Assembly (NCBI GenBank): GCA_964544115.1
Contig: CAZJBP010000027.1
Span: forward strand, 1-20,009
Length of the DNA stretch: 20,009 bases
Source of the DNA: an uncultured Victivallales bacterium
GTDB taxonomy: Bacteria > Verrucomicrobiota > Kiritimatiellia > UBA8416 > JADHWI01
Direction of reading: 5' to 3'
The notes below the pieces were generated by a model. The model searched no databases and was not told the DNA's origin. It saw only the letters and a program-made list of their open reading frames with translations. The translations under genes were made by a program, and so were the position numbers. Positions 14,154 to 20,009 of this stretch are shown piece by piece (positions within the stretch are counted from its first letter, which is position 1; each line of letters begins with the position of its first letter).

Positions 14154-15398
14154 ATGATGAGCCGTCAGGATAGGGTCGAGTACTTGGCCAACGTGTTGAG
14201 CGTGGCGGCGGTCGGGGACTCGGTGACCCTCGAAGAGGCGACCGTGCTGCGGTCAATCGTGGAGCGCATCGGCGCCGACGTCAATGACATGCAGGCCGCG
14301 CGGGGGCTTCTGGAGGGCGCTGCGGGGTATGCGGCGCGGCTGCCGGACGACTCCGCGCGCCGTCTGGCCAATATCGAAGACATGGTGCTGATGGCCCTGG
14401 CGGACGGCGAACTGACGGCCGACGAGTGTGCCCCGATCGAGCGCTTGCTTGCCGGACATGGCTTTGCCCAGGTCGATATGGACGTGCTCGTGAGGCGAGC
14501 GGAAAAACGGAGAAAGGACATCCTGCAGGCCGCGGGGGCGTCCGTCGCGCCAGTCCCCGCGCTGCCCGCCCGTCCGCCGCCTCTGCCGTCCAGGCCTGCG
14601 GCCGCTCCTGACCCGGGAAAGGCCGCCACTCGTACGGTGGTGCCGCCGCGCACTCCGCCGCCGCCCATGCGCACGCGCGGCGGGACGGAGGCCCGCGGGT
14701 TCCCGGCCGAACGCACTCCTCGCCGGCCGAATCCGCCTGCAGAAACGCCGCGCACTTCGCCGCCGGCCGCGGCGCCTGTGCCGACGTGCGCACCGCCCCC
14801 CGCTCTGCCCCCCTCAACGTCGCCATCACCTGCGGGGCACTCCGCCGCGCCGCCTGAGAGCCGCCTGGCCGCCTGCATCCGCCATCGGGAGGCGTCTCCC
14901 TGCTGCCGGGCCTACTGTTTCGGGGCGCCCGTGGGCGCGCTCAACCCGTGGGGTTGCCGCCTGCTGGACATGGACTGGTCGGGCCGCGCCGACTGGTTGC
15001 GCTTGGGCGCCTTCCGCGACAGCGACACGTTTGTGCTGGACCGGGCTGCCATTCGGGCGCTGCTGGCCTCTCGCATGACCGCCGTGAGTGCTTGTCCGCA
15101 TTTCTCGGCGGTCGTGGCGTCGGCCGCGGTCGACGCGCTCCCATCGCGAGCGACGACCGCCGGGCGATGGCGCCATCACAAGGCCGAAACCAGCGCGACG
15201 GGCGCTGTCCCCATTACCGTGCGCGAATACCGTCATGGGTGCGATATCAGCTCCGCGGTGACGAGCGACGGGATGGCCCCGACGGACGGTCGCGATGCAC
15301 TGCTAATCATTCGCCGGACCTGCGCTGCCGCCGGCGCCGGCGGCGGCCCGATGGACTGGAAGGCACTTGCGATGCAGGCGGAGATGGCTGGAGGCTGA
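14154..15398 (+). CDS. TerB-like N-terminal domain protein with a Pro-rich linker and a Cys-rich C-terminal domain, about 414 aa. The start is ambiguous (GTG 14142, GTG 14151 or ATG 14154).
   Basis: The N-terminal 125 aa are MSRQDRVEYLANVLSVAAVGDSVTLEEATVLRSIVERIG...DMVLMALADGELTADECAPIERLL, which match the TerB / DjlA-N helical-bundle pattern. A PxxP-rich stretch of about 120 aa follows. The C-terminus is CIRHREASPCCRAYCFGAPVGALNPWGCRLLDMDWSGRADWLRLGAF... Confidence 0.55.
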   Translation: MMSRQDRVEYLANVLSVAAVGDSVTLEEATVLRSIVERIGADVNDMQAARGLLEGAAGYAARLPDDSARRLANIEDMVLMALADGELTADECAPIERLLAGHGFAQVDMDVLVRRAEKRRKDILQAAGASVAPVPALPARPPPLPSRPAAAPDPGKAATRTVVPPRTPPPPMRTRGGTEARGFPAERTPRRPNPPAETPRTSPPAAAPVPTCAPPPALPPSTSPSPAGHSAAPPESRLAACIRHREASPCCRAYCFGAPVGALNPWGCRLLDMDWSGRADWLRLGAFRDSDTFVLDRAAIRALLASRMTAVSACPHFSAVVASAAVDALPSRATTAGRWRHHKAETSATGAVPITVREYRHGCDISSAVTSDGMAPTDGRDALLIIRRTCAAAGAGGGPMDWKALAMQAEMAGG

Positions 15399-15487
15399 AG
15401 CGAAGCGGCGCGACCGTGTCTCGCGCAGGGGTGCAGGAGCGGTGACGGTGGAACCCGCGGCACACGCGGACGACGAGGGGGTGCATC

Positions 15488-16123
15488 ATGATGGACTGGT
15501 GGACTAGTTTGACGACCCTGAATCAGGCGTTCTACTGCATCGCCGTCTTCATCAGCATTCCATTTGCCTGGCAGTTCGCCGCGGCGTTCTTGGGCCTTGC
15601 CGGCGGATCCGACGCCGACGTCGACGGCGGCGATTACGAGGCGTCCGGGCACGAGGCGTCCAGCGACCACGCGTTCGACCAGGGCGCGCAGGGCGATTCC
15701 GCCGCGACCGTGCTGGTTTTCAAGATGATGAGCATGCGATCGCTCACCACCTTTTTCACCCTCTTCTGCTGGGGAGTTGCGCTGTACCTGAACCGCGGCG
15801 TGCCCGTCGCCAGGGCCATGGGAATCAGCGCCCTGTGGGGGCTGGCCGGCATGGCCTGCGTGAGCCTTCTGCTCTATGTCCTGCCCAAGATGGCGCAGGT
15901 GGGCACCCGCGATCTCAATTCCTGTATCGGGTCCGAGGCCGTGGTCTATCTGGACATCCAGCCTCAGAAACAGGGGCAGATCCGCGCCACGGTGAGCGGA
16001 ACGGTGTGTTATGTGCGGGCGCGCTCCGCCGGGCTGGTTGCCCTGAAGGCCGGTACGCCGGTGCGTGTGACGCGACGGGTGGACGTGAATACGGTGGAAG
16101 TGGAGCCCGTGCTCAAGGATTGA
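15488..16123 (+). CDS. NfeD-family membrane protein, 211 aa. It is the flotillin-associated partner and has a C-terminal OB-fold.
   Basis: It has two hydrophobic segments. The C-terminus GSEAVVYLDIQPQKQGQIRATVSGTVCYVRARSAGLVALKAGTPVRVTRRVDVNTVEVEPV is typical of the NfeD beta-barrel. GAGGGGG lies upstream, and the gene sits immediately upstream of the flotillin gene. Confidence 0.8.
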   Translation: MMDWWTSLTTLNQAFYCIAVFISIPFAWQFAAAFLGLAGGSDADVDGGDYEASGHEASSDHAFDQGAQGDSAATVLVFKMMSMRSLTTFFTLFCWGVALYLNRGVPVARAMGISALWGLAGMACVSLLLYVLPKMAQVGTRDLNSCIGSEAVVYLDIQPQKQGQIRATVSGTVCYVRARSAGLVALKAGTPVRVTRRVDVNTVEVEPVLKD

Positions 16124-16227
16124 CGCCGGCCCTCTGGCAGTGCCACCGTTGGCGGGCGCGGACAGAAGGGACGAACGGGGACGCGGGGAGGGGATAGGCC
16201 GCTGGCGGCCGGAAGGAGATCAGGAGT

Positions 16228-17742
16228 ATGCAGACATTTCTTATGCCCATGTTGGCCCAGTTGGGGCCGGTTGCCCGCCGCGGCGAAGGGCTCCCGGCGG
16301 GACTGATCCTGGCGATGATTCTGGGACTGTCGGTGGTGATTCTGTTCGTTACCTTTGCCAAGCGCTACCGGCGCTGCCCGTCCAACCGTATCCTGGTCAT
16401 CTACGGCAAGACCAACCGCGGCGCGGCGAAGTGTATCCACGGCGGCGCAGCCTTCATCTGGCCCCTCATCCAGTCCTATGATTACCTCGACCTCGAACCG
16501 TTCGTCGTGCCCATCGATTTGAAGAGCGCGCTGTCTTCTGAAAACATCCGCGTCAGCGTGCCGACCACGGTCACCGCAGCGATTTCGACCGAGCCCGGCA
16601 TTGTAGAGAATGCCGCCATCCGTCTGCTCGGGCAGAGCGCCCAGGACATCCAGGGCCAGGCCCAGGACATCATCGTCGGGCAGATGCGCGCCGTCATTGC
16701 CACCATGGGCATCGAGGAAATCAACCGCGACCGCCAGGCCTTTCTGGCCAAGGTGAACGAGGCGGTTTCGGGCGAACTCGAGAAGATCGGTCTGGAGCTG
16801 ATCAACGTCAACATCCGCGACATCGAGGATGACTCCGGCTACATCGTGGCCCTGGGCCGGCGCGCGGCGGCCGAGGCCATCAACCGCGCGACCATCGATG
16901 TGGCCGAGCAGGAGAAACTGGGGCAGACGGGCGTGGCCGAACGCAAGCGCGATACGCGCGTGGCCGTCGCGGCGGCCAATGCAACGGCGGAAATCGGCGA
17001 AGCCGCCGCGAACCGCGACATGCGCATGAAGTCGGCGTCGCTCGAGGCGGAGGCCGTGCAGGCTGAAACAAACGCCGATGCCAGCAAGGCGAGTTACCGC
17101 GCCAACCAGAAAGTGGCCGAAGAGCAGGCGCGCCAGCGCGGGGAGTCTGTCGCGCAGGAGGCCGACGGAGCCATCCGCGTGGCGCAGGAAATCGCGCAGA
17201 AGTCGGCGGAGGAAGCGCGCGCCGAACGCGAGCGCGCCCGCCTGAACGCCGAGATCGTCGTGCCGGCGGCCGCCGAGCGGGAGCGGGTGCTGATCGCGGC
17301 CGACGCTCAGAAGGAGCGCTCGATCCGCCTGGCGCAGGGCGAGGCCGAGGCCACCCTGGCGCGCATGAGCGCGGAAGGCAAGGGCGTGGAGGCCATCCTC
17401 GACGGCAAGGCGCGCGGCTACACCGAGTTGGTCCGAGCCTGCGCGACGGCCGAGCAGGCGGCTTCGCTGCTGCTGATCGAGAAACTGTTGGACGTGGCGC
17501 GCGTACAGGCGCAGGCCATCCAGGACCTGCCGATCGAGAAGGTCTTCGTCTGGGACGGCGGGGGGCAGCAGGGCGGCTTGGCGAACCTCGGCCAGCGGCT
17601 GATGGGAACGCTCCCTCCCATGCACGAACTGGCCAGGCAAGTCGGGCTGGATTTGCCGGATTTTCTCGGCAAGATGAAGAGCGATGCGCCGGCGGGCGAT
17701 GCGGCAGCTCCCAGTGCGGCGGCTGAGACGCCGGTGAAGTGA
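16228..17742 (+). CDS. floT: Flotillin-like SPFH/band-7 protein (FloT/YuaG type), 504 aa.
   Basis: It has an N-terminal TM segment. The SPFH core is NRILVIYGKTNRGAAKCIHGGAAFIWPLIQSYDYLDLEPFVVPIDL...IIVGQMRAVIATMGIEEINRDRQAFLAKVNE. A long Ala/Glu-rich coiled coil follows, then C-terminal LPIEKVFVWDGGG. AGGAG lies upstream. Confidence 0.9.
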   Translation: MQTFLMPMLAQLGPVARRGEGLPAGLILAMILGLSVVILFVTFAKRYRRCPSNRILVIYGKTNRGAAKCIHGGAAFIWPLIQSYDYLDLEPFVVPIDLKSALSSENIRVSVPTTVTAAISTEPGIVENAAIRLLGQSAQDIQGQAQDIIVGQMRAVIATMGIEEINRDRQAFLAKVNEAVSGELEKIGLELINVNIRDIEDDSGYIVALGRRAAAEAINRATIDVAEQEKLGQTGVAERKRDTRVAVAAANATAEIGEAAANRDMRMKSASLEAEAVQAETNADASKASYRANQKVAEEQARQRGESVAQEADGAIRVAQEIAQKSAEEARAERERARLNAEIVVPAAAERERVLIAADAQKERSIRLAQGEAEATLARMSAEGKGVEAILDGKARGYTELVRACATAEQAASLLLIEKLLDVARVQAQAIQDLPIEKVFVWDGGGQQGGLANLGQRLMGTLPPMHELARQVGLDLPDFLGKMKSDAPAGDAAAPSAAAETPVK

Positions 17743-17756
17743 GCCGATCGGGAGTC

Positions 17757-19163
17757 ATGGCCAGGCAACTGAACCTGATCCTGGTGGGGATCGACACGAT
17801 TCGTGCCGATCACATGAGCCTTTACGGCTACCCCCGGCTGACCACGCCGCACATCGACCAGTACGTGGCCGGCGGCGCGGTGTTCGAGCAGGCCTTCAGT
17901 CCGCACATTCCGACCACGCCGGGCTATGCATCCATGTTCACCGGCATGGACTGTTTCGGCACGAACGTGGTGGCGCTCCGGCACGACGGCGGCCTTGGCA
18001 CGCACCTCAAGACGCTGGCCGAGGTCCTGGGCGGCGAGGGGTACAACACCACCTGCGTCGGGTTCAGCGGCAACGTGGCCTCGCGCGGCTTCCAGACCTA
18101 CCTGGATTTCCCGGGCTGGGGTTCCTGGGCGGAGGGTCGCAGCCCCAAGGCGGAGAACCTGAACGCCGTGGCCCTCCCGGAGCTCAAGCGCCTTGCGGCG
18201 GACAAGAAGCCCTTCTTCCTGTTCCTCCGCCACATGGACCCGCACGCGCCGTACCTGCCGCCCCGGCCTTTCGATCGCATGTTCTACGATGGCAACGAGT
18301 GCGATCCCGCCAACCGTTCGCTGGATCCGGTCATGACGTTCAAGCCGTTCTGCGACTTCTTCGCGAGCTGGTTCCCGCCGGGCTGCACGGACAAGGACTA
18401 CATCATCGCCCAGTACGACGGCGCCCTGGCCTACATGGACGCCTGCATCGCGAACCTGCTGGCCACGCTGCGCGCGCTGGGCCTCGAGGAAGACACGCTA
18501 GTGGTCTTCAATTCCGATCACGGCGAATCGCTCTACGACCACGAGTGCTACTTCGACCACCACAGCACCTACGAGCCCACGCTGCACGTCCCGCTGGCGT
18601 TCGTCTGCCCCGGGCGCGTGCCAGCCGGCAGGCGGCTTGCGGACATCTGCCAGAGCAAGGACGTGACGCCGACGATCCTCGACGTGATGCGCATCCAGAC
18701 GGACATCCGCTTCGACGGGCGCAGCCTGCGCCCCCTGTGGGAGGGCCAGCCACGCCGCCCTGAGCCGGAGTTCTACTTCACCGAGGCCACGTGGATGCGC
18801 AAGCACGGCTGGCGCACGCCGCAGTGGAAGCTGATCCACGCCCTCGAGCCGGACTTCCACTTCAAGCCCGAGGTTGAACTGTATGATCTCGTGGCGGATC
18901 CGGGCGAGACGCGCAACCTCGCGGAGAAGGAGCCCGGTGTGGTGGCCATGCTCGAGGCGCGCATGCAGGCGTGGATCGCCCGGCGCGAGAAGGAAACCGG
19001 CCGGCGCAACCCGATCTTCACCAACCTCAACTGGAACGGCCACGGCGGCCCGTTCAAGACCTCCGAGCAGGCGTACCACACGATGCACATCGGCTCGCCG
19101 GGTGCGGCGCAGGCCCTACAGCAGCGGGAACTTCAGGCCCAGCGCGGACAGAAGACGCTATAG
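17757..19163 (+). CDS. Sulfatase-family (alkaline-phosphatase superfamily) enzyme, 468 aa, with a noncanonical active-site motif.
   Basis: It has LILVGIDTIRADH, then TTPHIDQYVAGGAVFEQAFSPHIPTTPGYASMFTG where sulfatases have CTPSRAALLTG. So Thr replaces the Cys/Ser that becomes formylglycine, and Tyr replaces Arg. Later motifs are VVFNSDHGESL and DVTPTILDVM. The ATG at 17757 follows GGGAG. Confidence 0.8.
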   Translation: MARQLNLILVGIDTIRADHMSLYGYPRLTTPHIDQYVAGGAVFEQAFSPHIPTTPGYASMFTGMDCFGTNVVALRHDGGLGTHLKTLAEVLGGEGYNTTCVGFSGNVASRGFQTYLDFPGWGSWAEGRSPKAENLNAVALPELKRLAADKKPFFLFLRHMDPHAPYLPPRPFDRMFYDGNECDPANRSLDPVMTFKPFCDFFASWFPPGCTDKDYIIAQYDGALAYMDACIANLLATLRALGLEEDTLVVFNSDHGESLYDHECYFDHHSTYEPTLHVPLAFVCPGRVPAGRRLADICQSKDVTPTILDVMRIQTDIRFDGRSLRPLWEGQPRRPEPEFYFTEATWMRKHGWRTPQWKLIHALEPDFHFKPEVELYDLVADPGETRNLAEKEPGVVAMLEARMQAWIARREKETGRRNPIFTNLNWNGHGGPFKTSEQAYHTMHIGSPGAAQALQQRELQAQRGQKTL

Positions 19164-19168
19164 CCGCG

Positions 19169-20009
19169 CTATCCAGCGGCGCGTCGGCTGTTCAATTCGA
19201 GCGGGGCAAAGCGGCGGGGGCTCTCTCCGGCCCCCAACAAGAGCCCCAGGCTCTCGCCGATCGCCTCGGCTTGATGGATCGCATAGATCACCGGAATGGC
19301 GGCCAGCCAGACCGTGAGCAACCTGTGGCGCCGGAAGACCTTCCAGGCCCGAAAGAGCTGCAGCGCGGGGAGCGCGATCGGGGCGACGAGGCTGATGACC
19401 AGCCGGCGCCTGAAGGGCCAGGCGAACGCCTGTGCGCGCCGCGCAGCCTGCAGGCGGCAGAACAGGAAGTGGGCATACAGCAAGTCCCGGAAACGGGCAT
19501 AGGATTCATGGGCCACCAGCGCCCCGGCCGCGGTACAAAACGATGCGCCTTCGTTGCGGAGGCTTTCGTGCAAGGCGTAGTCCACCTCGAGCAGGTCAGA
19601 CAGCCGCTCCCCGAATCGCATCAGGGCTGATCGCTGGTAGGACACATTGCTGCCCGGAAGGTGAACCGCCGCACCCCCGGGCTGCGGGTGGGCCCAGGGG
19701 CCATACTCGGCGAGGAAGATCGACCGGAACAGATAGGTGTCGGGGCTTCCATTGATGAATGAGTACCCCGCTGCAGTCCAGCCCTCACGGTGGGCGGCGA
19801 GGATGGCCGCAGCCCACCCGGGTTCCGGATAACAGTGGTCCTCCAGGAATGCCACCCATGGGGCCTGCGCGATCTCTGCCCCCATGAACCGGGCGCGTCC
19901 CGGCATGATGCCGGGCGTCGCGCGGATCCTCCGGACCTTCAGCTCCGGGGGGACAGACAACGCCGGTGCGCCGTCCGAAGACGCGTCAACGAGGATGATC
20001 TCCAGGCGG
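19169..20009 (-). CDS. Family-2 glycosyltransferase, 5'-truncated by the window end.
   Basis: My own reverse translation of 19961-20008 continues the ORF upstream as RLEIILVDASSDGAPALSVPPELKV. This is the GT2 N-terminal DxSxD-type signature. The track's 'M' at 19960 is a TTG. Confidence 0.65.
   Translation of the reverse strand, partial: RLEIILVDASSDGAPALSVPPELKVRRIRATPGIMPGRARFMGAEIAQAPWVAFLEDHCYPEPGWAAAILAAHREGWTAAGYSFINGSPDTYLFRSIFLAEYGPWAHPQPGGAAVHLPGSNVSYQRSALMRFGERLSDLLEVDYALHESLRNEGASFCTAAGALVAHESYARFRDLLYAHFLFCRLQAARRAQAFAWPFRRRLVISLVAPIALPALQLFRAWKVFRRHRLLTVWLAAIPVIYAIHQAEAIGESLGLLLGAGESPRRFAPLELNSRRAAG

Noticed and set aside
14165-15670. Minus-strand ORFs (237, 182, 136, 145 aa) opposite the TerB-like gene.
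   Set aside because: They are antisense high-GC artefacts: Arg/Ala/Gly-rich, with no start context or motifs.
16009-18245. 543-aa, 305-aa and 275-aa minus-strand ORFs over the flotillin and sulfatase genes.
   Set aside because: They are antisense to genes with strong, specific family signatures (SPFH/flotillin; sulfatase). Their products are low-complexity.

Overview
The window is high-GC (about 70%) bacterial DNA. Its left 11.7 kb looks like an integrated mobile element, or possibly two tandem elements. The right boundary of that element is a 28-nt tRNA 3'-end fragment (T-arm, acceptor 3' strand, A, CCA) at 11686-11713, which would be the att core. I found no intact tRNA, rRNA or CRISPR array.

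The element has two modules.
(a) Minus-strand module, 1-4610. Two tyrosine-recombinase genes share an ATGA stop/start overlap; the first runs off the window at position 1. Upstream of them is a 118-bp spacer carrying four phased GATAAGGT direct repeats. Next is a 759-aa protein with a DnaG-like primase core, an apparently degenerate Toprim domain, a Walker-A P-loop and a C-terminal wHTH. An Arg-rich zinc-ribbon ORF overlaps its start in another frame, among 13-bp direct repeats.
(b) Lower-GC module, about 4700-9700 (roughly 50-62% GC), resembling a P4/PICI-type satellite. It holds an orphan 382-aa protein with its own intrinsic terminator, an XRE HTH regulator, an AlpA/Xis-like HTH protein, a small hypothetical protein, and a 787-aa primase (CHC2 zinc finger, intact Toprim, Walker A). 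A long imperfect hairpin with GACTTCC repeats follows the primase. A convergent 496-aa tyrosine integrase abuts the tRNA fragment.

To the right of the att fragment the genes look chromosomal. They are a pentapeptide-repeat protein, a 517-bp divergent intergenic region containing TTGACA-polyC8-TAGCGT, a secreted DUF4114-like protein (also lower GC), a TerB-like/Pro-rich/Cys-rich protein, an NfeD-flotillin pair, a sulfatase-family enzyme with a noncanonical active-site motif, and the 3' part of a GT2 glycosyltransferase gene.

Many long ORFs in the track are antisense or high-GC artefacts and are rejected below. The track labels some TTG/GTG starts as M.
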